A stretch of 64,000 nucleotides of DNA, from NCBI GenBank assembly GCA_009784895.1, contig WQXJ01000004.1:3193-67192 (forward strand), read 5' to 3'. The translations under genes and the position numbers were made by a program. Source of the stretch: Micrococcales bacterium. Lineage in GTDB: Bacteria > Actinomycetota > Actinomycetes > Actinomycetales > WQXJ01. The first letter of the stretch is position 1; each line of letters begins with the position of its first letter. Of this stretch, positions 1-11,798 are shown piece after piece. The notes below the pieces were generated by a model that ran no database searches, was not told the DNA's origin, and was given only the letters and a program-made list of their open reading frames with translations.

Positions 1-656
<656 letters not shown>

Positions 657-691
657 GCTAGAGGGCTGCCAAGCGGCAGGCCGTGAGGGCT

Positions 692-2908
692 TTAGCGTAC
701 GTGCACTACGTGGCCGGCCTGTCCATTTGGATCGAGCCGGAAGAAGGCTGTCTCGCCCCAAGTGAAGGCTTGGTCTGACAGCAGGTCATAGGCTTCGAAA
801 CTGTCCTGATCCGGGTCCAGGCCAAGGGCTTCAAGGTCAAATTGAACCTCGCCCTCGCGCACGGAATGCGGATCGAGGTTGAGCAGCACCACGATGGTGT
901 CGGCTTTGCCATCAGGCGAATGCTCGGCCGGGACGTGGCGAGAGAAACAAATGGTCGAATCATCAGTCGTGGTGTGGATAGTCAAATTGCGCAGCCGTCG
1001 CAGGGCGACATGTTGCCGTTTGATCCGGTTGAGCAGCGTCAGCAGGGCTGATAGCTCCTGAGCCACCGGGGTGTTGAAGTCGCGGATCTTGTATTCGTAC
1101 TTCTCGTTGTCAATGGCCTCTTCCGCCCCGGGCCTAGCGACATCCTCGACCAGCTCATAGCCGGTGTAAATGCCGTAGTTGGGCGCCCCCGTAGCAGCCA
1201 AAATGGCCCGGATCCGGTGCGCCGCCAGCCCGCCTTGCTGCATATAAGGCGTCAAAATGTCATGCGTGGTGGGCCAAAGGCTCGGCCGCATGAAGCTGCC
1301 CCATTCGCCGGCCAGCTCTTCGAGGTATTCGCAGACCTCTTCTTTAGTGTTACGCCAAGCAAAATAGGTATAGGACTGCTGGAAGCCGACCAAAGCCAGC
1401 GTGTGCATCATAGGTGGCCTGGTGAAAGCCTCGGACAGGAAAATCACATCCGGGGACTCGGCCGCAATCTGGGCAATCAACCGCTCCCAGAAGACCAGCG
1501 GCTTGGTATGCGGGTTATCGACCCTGAAGATCGTCACGCCATGGCTGACCCACAACCTGATGATCCGCAAGATCTCTAGATAAAGTCCATCCGGATCCTG
1601 GTCGAAGCTCAGCGGGTAGATGTCCTGATACTTCTTGGGCGGGTTTTCGGCGTAGGCGATCGAGCCGTCTGGCCGCTGAATAAACCATTCGGGATGTGAT
1701 TTGACCCAGGGATGGTCCGGTGAGCATTGCAGGGCAATGTCCATGGCCACTTCCATGCCCAACAACCGCGACCGAGCCACCAGGGCGTCAAAGTCGTCAA
1801 AGCTACCCAGGTCTGGGTGCAGGGCGTCATGCCCACCTTCGGCGGTGCCAATGGCGTAAGGCGAACCCGGGTCAGTTGGCCTGGCGTTGAGCGAGTTGTT
1901 CCGGCCCTTGCGATTAGTTGCTCCAATGGGGTGGATTGGCGTCAAATAGAGCACGTCAAAGCCCATTTCCGCAATCCGGTCAAGGTTGGCGGCCAGGGTC
2001 TTGAAGTTGCCTGTAACCCAACCGGTTTCAGGTGAAAAGGTCGCCCCAACCGAACGTGGGAAAACCTCATACCAAGAACCGACCAAGGCCCGCTCGCGCT
2101 GCACCACCAGGTGGTAGGTGGCCGATTTAGTTACATCCAGCCGCAACGGTTTGGCCCGCATCAGGTCGAAGACCTCACCTCCAGCCCCGGCGGCCAGACG
2201 TTCGGCCGCCGGCAAGGCGCCGTTGCGCATTTTGGCGGCGGCCTCAATCAGCAGTTGGCGGCCGTCCGCTGCCGGCCCATCGGTCAATTCCTTGGCGTGT
2301 TTGCCGCCACCTTGGCCTTTAGCCGGAGCCTCGCCGCCCAGGGCCGTGGCCGCCTGTTCCAGCAGCCTGGCACCCATTTCCAGCATCAGGTCGGTGTCAA
2401 CATCGGCTTCGACCTTGATAACCGCGTCATGGTGCCAGGTGGCATAGGGGTCGAACCAGCCCTCGACCCTAAAAGACCACTCACCGAGCGCGTCCGGCAC
2501 TACCGACCCGCCCCAACGGGCCAAGCCTCGGCTGAGTTCCGTCATCGGCCACCGGGTGACCTGCCCGGTTGGCGAAACCAGTACCGCCGTGGCGCCTACG
2601 GCATCGTGCCCCTCTTTGAAAACCGTGGCCTCGATTGGCACGGCCTCGCCTACCACCGCCTTGGCCGGCCAACGCCCGCCTTCGCAGGTCGGTGAGACCT
2701 CAGTTACGCCGATCCGACCGATGCCGGCTCTATCAGCTGGGCGGGGAGTCCTGACTTGCCAATGGATGACAGGGGCTGTGTCTTTCGCCGTTGAGTTCAC
2801 GCCAACAAATCTATCGCGCCCAGGGGAAATCCGGGCGGCCACAAGCCGGTCGAATTGCGCTGGGTCGGTGACCTCACCGCCGTCTACCTGAGGCGCTGGC
2901 CTAAGCAA
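692..2908 (-). CDS. glgE: Alpha-1,4-glucan:maltose-1-phosphate maltosyltransferase GlgE
   Basis: 738-aa ORF with RVDNPHTKPLVFWERLI and the N-terminal GRIGVTEV...GRWPAKAVVGE...VFKEGHD pattern of GlgE. The exact start is uncertain because the first ~60 aa are not GlgE-like. Confidence 0.9.
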   Translation of the reverse strand: MLRPAPQVDGGEVTDPAQFDRLVAARISPGRDRFVGVNSTAKDTAPVIHWQVRTPRPADRAGIGRIGVTEVSPTCEGGRWPAKAVVGEAVPIEATVFKEGHDAVGATAVLVSPTGQVTRWPMTELSRGLARWGGSVVPDALGEWSFRVEGWFDPYATWHHDAVIKVEADVDTDLMLEMGARLLEQAATALGGEAPAKGQGGGKHAKELTDGPAADGRQLLIEAAAKMRNGALPAAERLAAGAGGEVFDLMRAKPLRLDVTKSATYHLVVQRERALVGSWYEVFPRSVGATFSPETGWVTGNFKTLAANLDRIAEMGFDVLYLTPIHPIGATNRKGRNNSLNARPTDPGSPYAIGTAEGGHDALHPDLGSFDDFDALVARSRLLGMEVAMDIALQCSPDHPWVKSHPEWFIQRPDGSIAYAENPPKKYQDIYPLSFDQDPDGLYLEILRIIRLWVSHGVTIFRVDNPHTKPLVFWERLIAQIAAESPDVIFLSEAFTRPPMMHTLALVGFQQSYTYFAWRNTKEEVCEYLEELAGEWGSFMRPSLWPTTHDILTPYMQQGGLAAHRIRAILAATGAPNYGIYTGYELVEDVARPGAEEAIDNEKYEYKIRDFNTPVAQELSALLTLLNRIKRQHVALRRLRNLTIHTTTDDSTICFSRHVPAEHSPDGKADTIVVLLNLDPHSVREGEVQFDLEALGLDPDQDSFEAYDLLSDQAFTWGETAFFRLDPNGQAGHVVHVR

Positions 2909-2979
2909 ACGCCGCCGGCCAGGGCCCTGGACGGCTCACCGGGCCGGTTGGCGCCACCCTCGGCGGCCGAATACCGGTA

Positions 2980-5580
2980 GTGTCTTTGCGCGTGAGACTG
3001 ATTCGTCGCTTCACCGTAAGGACCGTCCTGCCTGAGGCCATCGCCGCCCTGGACCAACTGGCTACCAATCTGCGTTGGTCTTGGCACGCCCCCACCCGTG
3101 AACTGTTCAGGCAGATCGACCCAGAGGCCTGGGATGAGTTGCACGGTGACCCGGTCGCACTACTGGGCTCACTTGGACCTGGCCGGCTTGATGAACTGGC
3201 CGCCAACGCCGGCTTTATTGACCAGGTCAACGGCGCAGCCAATGATTTGAGCGAATACATGCACTCGCCGCGCTGGTACCAACAGCAACCGGCTGATCTA
3301 CCAGCTGGTATTGCCTATTTCTCACCTGAATTCGGCATCACCGCGGCTTTGCCGCAATACTCCGGCGGCCTTGGCATTTTGGCCGGCGACCACCTCAAGT
3401 CCGCCTCTGACCTGGGAGTTCCCCTAATCGGGGTGGGGTTGTTGTACTCCTCGGGTTATTTCAAACAGGCCCTAACTCGCGACGGCTGGCAATCTGAGAC
3501 CTATCCCGTGCTCGACCCAGATGGGCTGCCCTTATGCCTGCTGCGTGACCAAGACGCAAGGCCCGTCATGGTCGAACTGGCTCTACCGGAGAATCGCAGG
3601 CTGCGAGCCCACATTTGGAAGGCCCAAGTCGGTCGGGTGCCGCTGCTGCTGTTGGACTCCAATGTGCCTGCCAACGACGAACAGGCCCGTTTGGTGACAG
3701 ACCGGCTTTACGGCGGCGGTGGCGAACACCGGCTAGAACAAGAACTGCTGCTCGGCATGGGTGGGGTCAAGGCCGTGCGGGCCTACTGCGCCCTAACATC
3801 AACCACCGCGCCGGAGGTGTTCCACACAAACGAGGGACACGCCGGCTTCCTGGGCATCGAACGGATCAAGGAATATGTGGCCGGAGGCTTGAGCTTCGCC
3901 GAGGGGTTGGAGGCCGTGCGCGGCTCAACCGTCTTCACCACCCACACCCCGGTGCCGGCTGGCATTGACCGTTTCGACACCTCCTTGGTGGCGCACTACT
4001 TCAGCGGCGATCTGGCCATCGAAGGGATCAGCACCGAAGACATCTTGAGCCTTGGCGCCGAAGACTACGAAGGCGGCAACCGGCAGGTTTTCAACATGGC
4101 GGTAATGGGCCTGCGCCTGGCCGGGCGGTCAAACGGTGTCTCGCTGCTGCACGGCGAGGTCTCAAGGAAAATGTTTTCCGGCCTGTGGCCTGGTTTCGAT
4201 GCCAGCGAGGTGCCAATCAGCTCAATCACCAACGGCGTGCACGCGCCGACCTGGACCGAACCGGCTTTCAGCGAGATCGAAGCTTCGTTTGGGGTCGACG
4301 CCGGCTCTGGAGTCGGGGCTTGGGCCCACGCTGCGGCAGCCTGGCTTGACCCTTCCGATGTCAGCGATGAACGTCTTTGGACCCTGCGGCGTGAAGCCCG
4401 AGCCCAGTTGGTGCTTGACGCTAGGCGACGGTTGCGCCAAAGCCACCTGCGCCGCGGCGCCAGCCCAGCCGAGCTCGGCTGGATCGACCAGGCCCTCTCG
4501 CCTGACGTCCTGACAATCGGTTTTGCCCGGCGGGTGCCGACCTACAAACGTCTGACCTTGATGTTGCGTGACCCAGAACGACTGCGGCAGCTGCTCTTGG
4601 ACCCCGACCGGCCAATCCAGCTGGTCATTGCTGGCAAAGCCCATCCAGCTGACGAACAAGGCAAGTCATTGATCCGCGAGCTGGTCCGTTTCACCGATGA
4701 TCCGGAATTGCGCCACCGCATTGTCTTCTTGCCCAACTACGACATGGGCATGGCCCGGACCTTGTTCCCGGGCTGTGACGTTTGGCTAAACAATCCGCTT
4801 AGGCCGCTGGAGGCCTGCGGCACCAGTGGTATGAAAGCCGCCTTGAACGGCGCGCTGAACCTGTCCATCCTCGATGGCTGGTGGGACGAGTGGTACGACG
4901 GCACCAACGGCTGGGCCATTCCCACGGCCGATGGCGTTCAAGACGCCGGCCGGCGCGACGACTTGGAAGCAGCCGCCCTCTACGACCTGATTACCGACCA
5001 GGTGGCGCCGCGTTTCTACAACAATGATGACCGCGGTCTGCCGGCGACTTGGCTCGAGATGGTCCGCCACACCCTGGCCACATTGGCGCCCAAGGTTCAG
5101 GCCACCCGGATGGTGGCGGAATACGTCGACCGGCTCTACGCCCCGGCCGCCGCCCTGGGCCGGGATTTGAGCCAGAACGGCGCCACCGCGGCCAAAGAAC
5201 TGGCCGCCTGGAAAGCCAAGATTCGCCGGGCTTGGCCCCAGGTCAAAGTCGAACATGTCGAATCTGGTGGCGTCGACGACGTGGTCCAGGTTGGCGACAC
5301 TCTGACGGTGACGGCTTACGTTTGCCTGGGCGAGCTAACGCCTGATGATGTCGAAGTGCAGGTGGCCTTCGGCCGGGCGACAGAGGGCGACAGCCTGAAG
5401 CCCGGCTATGCCACACTGCCGCTTGGGGTTCTCCACACCTACGATGCCGGTAACTTCGGTTTTGTTGGCGATGTCACCTTGGACATTTCCGGACCATTTG
5501 GTTACACCGTGCGGATTGTGCCGCGCCATCGCCACCTGGTCTCGTCAGCCGATATGGGCCTGGTGGCCAGCGCCAGCTAA
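2980..5580 (+). CDS. glgP: Alpha-glucan (glycogen/maltodextrin) phosphorylase, GT35 family
   Basis: 866-aa ORF. It carries [10 protein letters not shown] near the N-terminus, TNEGHAGF, and the PLP-lysine motif [11 protein letters not shown]. Confidence 0.9.
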   Translation: MSLRVRLIRRFTVRTVLPEAIAALDQLATNLRWSWHAPTRELFRQIDPEAWDELHGDPVALLGSLGPGRLDELAANAGFIDQVNGAANDLSEYMHSPRWYQQQPADLPAGIAYFSPEFGITAALPQYSGGLGILAGDHLKSASDLGVPLIGVGLLYSSGYFKQALTRDGWQSETYPVLDPDGLPLCLLRDQDARPVMVELALPENRRLRAHIWKAQVGRVPLLLLDSNVPANDEQARLVTDRLYGGGGEHRLEQELLLGMGGVKAVRAYCALTSTTAPEVFHTNEGHAGFLGIERIKEYVAGGLSFAEGLEAVRGSTVFTTHTPVPAGIDRFDTSLVAHYFSGDLAIEGISTEDILSLGAEDYEGGNRQVFNMAVMGLRLAGRSNGVSLLHGEVSRKMFSGLWPGFDASEVPISSITNGVHAPTWTEPAFSEIEASFGVDAGSGVGAWAHAAAAWLDPSDVSDERLWTLRREARAQLVLDARRRLRQSHLRRGASPAELGWIDQALSPDVLTIGFARRVPTYKRLTLMLRDPERLRQLLLDPDRPIQLVIAGKAHPADEQGKSLIRELVRFTDDPELRHRIVFLPNYDMGMARTLFPGCDVWLNNPLRPLEACGTSGMKAALNGALNLSILDGWWDEWYDGTNGWAIPTADGVQDAGRRDDLEAAALYDLITDQVAPRFYNNDDRGLPATWLEMVRHTLATLAPKVQATRMVAEYVDRLYAPAAALGRDLSQNGATAAKELAAWKAKIRRAWPQVKVEHVESGGVDDVVQVGDTLTVTAYVCLGELTPDDVEVQVAFGRATEGDSLKPGYATLPLGVLHTYDAGNFGFVGDVTLDISGPFGYTVRIVPRHRHLVSSADMGLVASAS

Positions 5581-5717
5581 CCGAACCCCAAATCCCGCGA
5601 GTCCAGGCTTTGGCATGACCACGATCTATCGGCGTGGCAGCAGATAGACTGGCGAGGAGTGATCGTCTGGGGCCAATGGCGTGCCCCGACGGCCTCCGAT
5701 TTGCGAAAAGGTGGAGT

Positions 5718-7946
5718 ATGAGCATGGACCTCGTCCCCGTCCCGGTTGATTCATCAGTACTTTGGGAAGTCGCCCACGGTATGAACCACGACCCACACGC
5801 AGTGCTTGGGCCGCATGCCTACCAGGGCGGCGTCACCATTAGGACCCTGCGACCCCTGGCCGACGAAGTCCTGATTGTGACACCTGATGGTCGGGTCGAA
5901 GCCTCGCACGAACAGGACGGCATTTGGGTGGCCGTGATCGAAGGCGAAGAGGTACCGGACTACCGCGTCAGGACCACCTACGGTGACGCCGTCGAGCTGG
6001 TCGACGACCCTTACCGCTTCATGCCATCACTGGGTGAACTCGACTTGCAGCTAATCCACGAGGGCCGCCACGAAGAGCTCTGGCGCGCCCTGGGCTCGCA
6101 GGTGCGGACCTACCCCTCAGTCCTAGGTGAGGTCCGGGGTACCTCATTTGCCGTCTGGGCTCCTGAGGCCCAAGCCGTCAGGGTGATTGGCGATTTCAAC
6201 TCCTGGACCTCGGGCGCCACAGCCATGCGCTCCCTGGGCAACACCGGGGTTTGGGAAGTGTTCGTACCCGATGTCACCCCGGGCAACCTCTACCGCTACG
6301 AAATCCAGACCAAGGACGGCATGTGGGTGCAAAAGGCCGACCCGATGGCCCGGCGCTGCGAACTGCCGCCCGCCACCGCCTCGATGGTGGAGGAATCCGC
6401 CTACACCTGGCAAGACCAGGACTGGCTCGACCAGCGGGCCTCGTTTGACCCGCACCACGGCCCGATGTCGGTCTACGAAGTTCACATGGGTTCGTGGCAG
6501 GAAGGTTTGAGCTACTCTCAGGCCGCCGATGAACTGGTCGAATATGTCTCCGCCTTGGGTTTCACCCACGTTGAGTTTATGCCGCTGGCCGAGCATCCTT
6601 ACGCGCCCTCATGGGGTTACCAAGTCACCGGCTACTTCGCCCCGACTTCCCGCTTTGGCTCACCAGACGACCTGCGCTACCTGATCGACAAACTGCACCA
6701 GGCCGGCATCGGCGTCATCATGGACTGGGTGCCGGCGCATTTCCCCAAAGATGGCTTTGCGCTAGCCCGTTTCGATGGTTCGGCTCTCTACGAATATGCC
6801 GACCCCCGCCAGGGCGAACACCCGGACTGGGGCACGCTGGTGTTCAACTATGGCCGGACCGAAGTGCGTAACTTCCTGGTGGCCAACGCCTGCTATTGGT
6901 ACGAGGAGTTCCATGTCGACGCTCTTAGGGTCGACGCGGTCGCTTCGATGCTTTACCTCGATTACTCGCGCGACGAGGGCCAATGGGTGCCAAACGCCTA
7001 TGGCGGACGCGAAAACCTCGAGGCCATTGGCTTCTTGCAGGAAACCTGCGCCACAGCCTACAAACGCTATCCCGGTGTCATCATGATTGCCGAAGAATCG
7101 ACCGCTTGGCCCGGGGTGACACAGGCGACCTCAGCCGGTGGGCTGGGCTTTGGGCTGAAGTGGAATATGGGTTGGATGAACGACACTCTGCGCTACTTAG
7201 AAGAGGATCCGGTTCACCGCAAGTATCACCACGGCGAGGTCACCTTCTCGCTGGTTTACGCCTTCTCAGAGAACTTCATCCTGCCGCTGTCGCACGATGA
7301 GGTTGTGCACGGCAAGGGTTCGCTGGTCGGCAAGCTGCCGGGCGACCGTTGGCAAAAGCTGGCCGGTCTGCGCGGGCTGTACTCCTATCAGTGGTCCCAT
7401 CCGGGCAAACAGCTGCTCTTTATGGGCAGCGAGTTTGGTCAAGAAGCCGAGTGGAACTCTGGCCAATCGCTCGACTGGTGGTCGATGGACAACGCCGATC
7501 AGGCCGGTGTGGCTGCCCTGGTGGCGCGGCTCAACACGGTCTACAAGCAGCACCCGGCGCTGTGGCAGCAGGATTCCGACCCGGCCGGCTTTGAGTGGAT
7601 CGACGCCGATGACGCCGACCACAACGTACTGGCCTACATTCGCAAGGCCGAGGATGGCTCAATGGTGGTGGCTGTGATCAACTTCGCCGGCACTCCGCAT
7701 GAGGGCTACCGGCTGGCCTTGCCTAAGGGCGGCGCCTGGACGGAGATCATGAACTCTGACGCCACCGAATATGGCGGCTCTGGCGTGGGCAACCTTGGCG
7801 CGGTTGAGGCCGAGGCCCTGCCCTGGCACGGTCGCGATCATTCTGCTGTCATCCGGATTGGCCCGCTGGGTGCGGTCTGGTTCGCGCCGGCTGAAGGCTC
7901 TAAGGACCCTAAGGGCTCTGAAGACCCTGAAGACACTGAGGACTGA
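5718..7946 (+). CDS. glgB: 1,4-alpha-glucan branching enzyme GlgB
   Basis: GH13 branching-enzyme motifs DWVPAHFPKD, RVDAVASMLY and IAEESTAWP. The ORF opens at 5634, but the ATG at 5718 preceded by aaaggtggag fits better (MSMDLVPVP...HDPHAVLGPH). Confidence 0.93.
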   Translation: MSMDLVPVPVDSSVLWEVAHGMNHDPHAVLGPHAYQGGVTIRTLRPLADEVLIVTPDGRVEASHEQDGIWVAVIEGEEVPDYRVRTTYGDAVELVDDPYRFMPSLGELDLQLIHEGRHEELWRALGSQVRTYPSVLGEVRGTSFAVWAPEAQAVRVIGDFNSWTSGATAMRSLGNTGVWEVFVPDVTPGNLYRYEIQTKDGMWVQKADPMARRCELPPATASMVEESAYTWQDQDWLDQRASFDPHHGPMSVYEVHMGSWQEGLSYSQAADELVEYVSALGFTHVEFMPLAEHPYAPSWGYQVTGYFAPTSRFGSPDDLRYLIDKLHQAGIGVIMDWVPAHFPKDGFALARFDGSALYEYADPRQGEHPDWGTLVFNYGRTEVRNFLVANACYWYEEFHVDALRVDAVASMLYLDYSRDEGQWVPNAYGGRENLEAIGFLQETCATAYKRYPGVIMIAEESTAWPGVTQATSAGGLGFGLKWNMGWMNDTLRYLEEDPVHRKYHHGEVTFSLVYAFSENFILPLSHDEVVHGKGSLVGKLPGDRWQKLAGLRGLYSYQWSHPGKQLLFMGSEFGQEAEWNSGQSLDWWSMDNADQAGVAALVARLNTVYKQHPALWQQDSDPAGFEWIDADDADHNVLAYIRKAEDGSMVVAVINFAGTPHEGYRLALPKGGAWTEIMNSDATEYGGSGVGNLGAVEAEALPWHGRDHSAVIRIGPLGAVWFAPAEGSKDPKGSEDPEDTED

Positions 7947-7954
7947 TCGGGGTG

Positions 7955-7982
7955 GGCGCGAGGTCTGCCTGACCTGCGCGCC
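7955..7982 (+). terminator. GC-rich hairpin 9 nt after the glgB stop; candidate intrinsic terminator without a U-tract
   Basis: ggcgcgaggtc-tgcct-gacct(g)cgcgcc forms an 11-bp stem with a 1-nt bulge and a 5-nt loop. Read directly from the sequence. Confidence 0.35.
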
Positions 7983-8097
7983 GCCTCATTGTGGCCGGAG
8001 TTAGGCCATTGGCCGGGCCAGAGGTTGCCAGCCCAAAGGCCACGCCGCGCCATCGGGGCCGGATTTAGTCCATTGGCCGGCCCCTTAGGATGGGGCG

Positions 8098-9390
8098 ATG
8101 AGCTTTACTGACGACGCCGTAGCCGCCATCGTTCCGGCCCAGGTGGTGTCGGTTGGCCCGGACCGGCTGGAAGAAGTGATGGACTTCGACGGTTTGGTTT
8201 GGGGCGAGGAACACCCGGCATCGGAGGCTGCCTACCTGCGTGACCTGATCGAATGGGACCGCAGCTTTGGCCTGGAGACCGACAGGCAATTGGTTGGCTT
8301 TTGTTCGGCCTTTAGCTTCGATGTGCCGGTGCCCGGCGGCCAGCGCCTCGACATTGGCGGGCTGACCGCTGTGGGAGTTCATCCGGCCTACCGCCGGCGC
8401 GGTTTCCTCAAAGCCCTCCTGGCCAGGCATTTCCAGGACTGTTGGGACCGGGGCGAACCGGTCTCACTGCTTTTCGCCAGTGAACCGGAGATCTACGGTC
8501 GCTTTGGCTACGGCGTTACCAGCCGGGCAGCCTGCCTAACGATCCCGCGCGGCACCGAACTGAGGCCCGTTCCGGGCTGCGACGCCACGTCGGTGGTCAT
8601 AGAGACGGCCGAATACGATCGCCACGCCGCCATAGTCAAGGAAGTCTGCCTGGCCGCAGGCCAAGGGCCCTTGGCCCGGCCGGCCTGGACCTTGCCGACA
8701 ACTGAGGGCGAGTGGCGCCGGTGGTTCTACAACCCACCAGAGACCCATCGCAAAGTCGAAAGACGGCGCATCGCGGTGGTTTGGACGGACGGACGGCCCA
8801 CCGGGGTGGCCATTTTCCGCCGGGACGGCAAATGGGGCGACTGGGTGCCCGAAGCCACCTTAGAGGTGATCCTTTTGGTGGCCCTAGACCCAGCCAGTCA
8901 CCACTCGCTTTGGTCGACTCTGCTCCACATGGATCTGGTCAAGACCATCAAAACTGATTTGATGCCGCTCGACGAGCCGCTCTTCGCCCAGGTGACTGAC
9001 CCGCGGCCAATTCGCGCACCAGTCATCGACTGCCTGCACGCCCGTGTCCTGGACTTGCCGGCAGCCCTGGAGGCGCGGCGTTACGGCGCGCCGATCGATG
9101 TCGCCATGGCGGTAACCGACCGACATTTTCCGTCGAACGCTGGTTTGTGGAGACTGGTCGGTGGGCCAGATCGGGCCACCGTGACTCGATTGGGCGAGCC
9201 GCCGGTTGACCCGACTGTGGCCGATCTGACACTCGACATCAGGGAAGTCGGAGCGATTTTCTTCGGCGGCATCTCGGCCGCCGCCTTGGTCGCAGGGGGC
9301 TTGATCCAAGCCCGCGATTCCTCCCCAGCACACGCGGTTGACCTGGCCTTCCGCTCACCGTTGCATCCGGCTTCGCCCTACGGCTGGTGA
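8098..9390 (+). CDS. GNAT family N-acetyltransferase, Eis-like (UPF0256-type multi-domain)
   Basis: 430-aa ORF with the acetyl-CoA motif VHPAYRRRGFLKALL. The length and long C-terminal extension resemble Eis-type enzymes. Confidence 0.7.
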   Translation: MSFTDDAVAAIVPAQVVSVGPDRLEEVMDFDGLVWGEEHPASEAAYLRDLIEWDRSFGLETDRQLVGFCSAFSFDVPVPGGQRLDIGGLTAVGVHPAYRRRGFLKALLARHFQDCWDRGEPVSLLFASEPEIYGRFGYGVTSRAACLTIPRGTELRPVPGCDATSVVIETAEYDRHAAIVKEVCLAAGQGPLARPAWTLPTTEGEWRRWFYNPPETHRKVERRRIAVVWTDGRPTGVAIFRRDGKWGDWVPEATLEVILLVALDPASHHSLWSTLLHMDLVKTIKTDLMPLDEPLFAQVTDPRPIRAPVIDCLHARVLDLPAALEARRYGAPIDVAMAVTDRHFPSNAGLWRLVGGPDRATVTRLGEPPVDPTVADLTLDIREVGAIFFGGISAAALVAGGLIQARDSSPAHAVDLAFRSPLHPASPYGW

Positions 9391-9485
9391 TGTCGAGACC
9401 TTGTTGGCGACCCTCCGGTTTAGAGCGGACCTGATCGATTGACCACGGCTCGCGGAGCCGTCGCGGTTCGCTTGGACCTGGTCGG

Positions 9486-10028
9486 TTAGTGACCTGAGGC
9501 GACCAGCTCAGCCAGGGCGCCGGCACCGGCGGACAGCTCCGCCCAGGTGCAGGCGAAATCAAGGACTGCTCGGGCCGCAGTGGGCATGCCCCGCTGCAAG
9601 CAGGCCAAGGCCTGGCCGTTTGAGGCTGGGCCCGCCAGGGCCTTGGCGGTGGCGGACATAGTCGGTTCGTGGCCCACGACAAGCACCCGGTGCCAGGCCG
9701 GGTCGACCTGTCTCAACAGCTCGAGCAGCTCATCGACGTAGGCCCGGTAGAGCTCGCCGCTTAGCTGGGGCGCCAACTTCCAACCGGCGTTCACCGCGAC
9801 CAGCTGATAGGTCTGCTCGGTCCTTTTGGCGCTGGAGACCAAGGCCAAATCCGGTTCGAAACCGGTTGCAGCTAGGTCGCGGCCCACAGCGGCGGCCTGA
9901 CGCTGGCCGCGAGGGGCCAATGATCGTTCGCTGTCTAGACCCCATTCGCCGGTGACCGCCTTGGCGTGACGCAACAAAACCAGCCGGCGAGCGCCGAAAG
10001 CTTGGACCTCAAGGTGACTAGACGACAT
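9486..10028 (-). CDS. Histidine phosphatase family protein, SixA-like
   Basis: LVLLRHAKA (RHG-type catalytic motif) and VVGHEPT. The ATG at 10028 was chosen although the ORF opens at 10070. It overlaps the upstream DUF885 stop by 11 nt. Confidence 0.7.
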   Translation of the reverse strand: MSSSHLEVQAFGARRLVLLRHAKAVTGEWGLDSERSLAPRGQRQAAAVGRDLAATGFEPDLALVSSAKRTEQTYQLVAVNAGWKLAPQLSGELYRAYVDELLELLRQVDPAWHRVLVVGHEPTMSATAKALAGPASNGQALACLQRGMPTAARAVLDFACTWAELSAGAGALAELVASGH

Positions 10029-11730
10029 CGGGCAGCCCGAGCAGCGCTTGGCGCAGCGTGTCCAACCCAAGCGACCCCAGCGCCAGCGCCTGGGCGTGGA
10101 ACGACTTCAGGTCGAAGTTCGCGCCGCCCGCTTCAGCCGCCGCCTGGCAGCTGCGGCGCAGGTCCTGCCACTGTTGCAGGCCAATTAGATAGCTGGGTGC
10201 CTGGCCTGGCCAACCCAAGTAACGTTCAAGCTCAAAGTCGACAAACGAATCATCCATGGCCACGTTGGCGCGCAGGAAACGATGCGCCTTGGCCGCATCC
10301 CACCTCCCGCCGCCACCCCAACGCTTAGGGAAGTCTTTGCCCAGGTGAACGCCGATATCCAGGGCCACGCGGGCTGCCCTCAGCCGCATCGCGTCGAGCA
10401 TGCCCAGGCGGTCGCCCGCATCGTCCATGAAGCCCAGCTCGCCCATCAGAGCCTCGGCGTAAAGCGCCCAGCCTTCGCCGTGACCAGAACACCACAGGCC
10501 CAGTCGCCGCCAGCGGTTGAGACTGTCCGCTAAGTAGGTGGCCAGGCCGAGCTGGAGGTGGTGGCCGGGCACGCCCTCGTGGAAAACGGTGGTCCGCTCG
10601 CGCCAGGTGTGGAAGGTCTCGATGCCGGCCGGCACCGACCACCACATGATGCCTGGCCTGGAGAAGTCTTCAGTTGGCGCAGTGTAGTAAATGCCTCCGG
10701 AGCCGCTCGGCGCGATTCTGCCCTCTAGACGTTTGACCGGCTCGGGCAGGTCGAAAGAGGTCCCGTCCAGCTCAGACATGGCTTGGTTGGCCAGGTCATT
10801 CATGTATCGCTCAAGGGCGTCCGCGCCGGTTAGGGTGTAGCGCGGGTCCTGGTCGAGGCGCTGGTAGGCCGCCTCGACGCTGGTGCCTTGGCCGTACAGC
10901 GCCTGGGCCAAGTCGCCTTGCTCGGCCGTGATCGCCTCCAGTTGGTCCAGACCCCACTGGTAGGTCTGGTCCAGGTCGACGGCCGTGCCCAGGAAGTAGC
11001 GCGACCACAGCTTGTAGCGCTCGCGGCCAACACCATCTGGCTTTGGGGCGGCCGGGGCGATCTGGGTGGCCAGGTGTTCCGCCAGGTCGGCGAAGCCTCG
11101 CCGGGCCTCGGAGGCGGCTACGGCCAGGTCCCCAGCCAGGGCCGGACCGACTTGCGCGGCGCCTCGCTGGGCCAATTGATCGAGACTCGAGCCCGCCTGG
11201 GCCAGTTCTTCGGCTTGCCCGATGCCGACACTCACCTGCCTGCCAGCCGGCAGTTGGCCCGTGCGCAGGCCCAGGTCAAGGGTCCGCGCGTATGAACGCA
11301 AGGCTTCTGGTACGGCGGCCAGGCGGCGAGCGATAGTGGCCCAATCGTGCTCAGTGGTGGTCTCCATCAGGTCGAAGACATCGCGTATGTACTGGATTGG
11401 GCTGTCGACGTTGTTTAGGTTTCGCGTGAACTCACCGGCCTGGTCTAGTTCAAGCTCCAGGCCCAGCCGTTCACGCAGCGCCGCCGCCGTCACTTGATCA
11501 GTGGAGTCTTGCGGGGTCAGCTTGTCGAGTCTGGCCAGCGACTGGCGGACCAAGTCAATGCGGGTTTGCTGAGCGGCGGGCGAAAAGTCATCGAGCTCTG
11601 CGTCATGTCCCTTGACACCCAGCGAGGTGGCCAGGATGGGGCTAAGCGCGACTACACCGTCGTGGTAGCGCTCGGCCAATTGGTCGATTGGGCTTGGGCT
11701 CCGCCCGGCCGGGGCGGTGTTGGGGCTCAC
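10018..11730 (-). CDS. DUF885 family protein (putative metallopeptidase-like)
   Basis: 570-aa ORF with the HEGVPGHHLQ motif characteristic of DUF885. Confidence 0.75.
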   Translation of the reverse strand: MSPNTAPAGRSPSPIDQLAERYHDGVVALSPILATSLGVKGHDAELDDFSPAAQQTRIDLVRQSLARLDKLTPQDSTDQVTAAALRERLGLELELDQAGEFTRNLNNVDSPIQYIRDVFDLMETTTEHDWATIARRLAAVPEALRSYARTLDLGLRTGQLPAGRQVSVGIGQAEELAQAGSSLDQLAQRGAAQVGPALAGDLAVAASEARRGFADLAEHLATQIAPAAPKPDGVGRERYKLWSRYFLGTAVDLDQTYQWGLDQLEAITAEQGDLAQALYGQGTSVEAAYQRLDQDPRYTLTGADALERYMNDLANQAMSELDGTSFDLPEPVKRLEGRIAPSGSGGIYYTAPTEDFSRPGIMWWSVPAGIETFHTWRERTTVFHEGVPGHHLQLGLATYLADSLNRWRRLGLWCSGHGEGWALYAEALMGELGFMDDAGDRLGMLDAMRLRAARVALDIGVHLGKDFPKRWGGGGRWDAAKAHRFLRANVAMDDSFVDFELERYLGWPGQAPSYLIGLQQWQDLRRSCQAAAEAGGANFDLKSFHAQALALGSLGLDTLRQALLGLPDVV

Positions 11731-11798
11731 ACAACCAACCTAGCGTGATCGGGTCTCGCCTATGTCTTCGCACCAACCAAGGTCCGGTGGGCCAGCTC

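Noticed and set aside
661-680. A short hairpin (ctgcc-aagc-ggcag) between the convergent glgX and glgE stops, as a bidirectional terminator
   Set aside because: The stem is only 5 bp and the intergenic gap is 35 bp, which is insufficient evidence.
5634-5717. The GlgB N-terminal extension from the ORF opening at 5634
   Set aside because: The extension (MAADRLARSDRLGPMACPDGLRFAKRWS) has no counterpart in GlgB N-termini. The ATG at 5718 has an RBS-like aaaggtggag and gives the expected ...HDPHAVLGPH start region.
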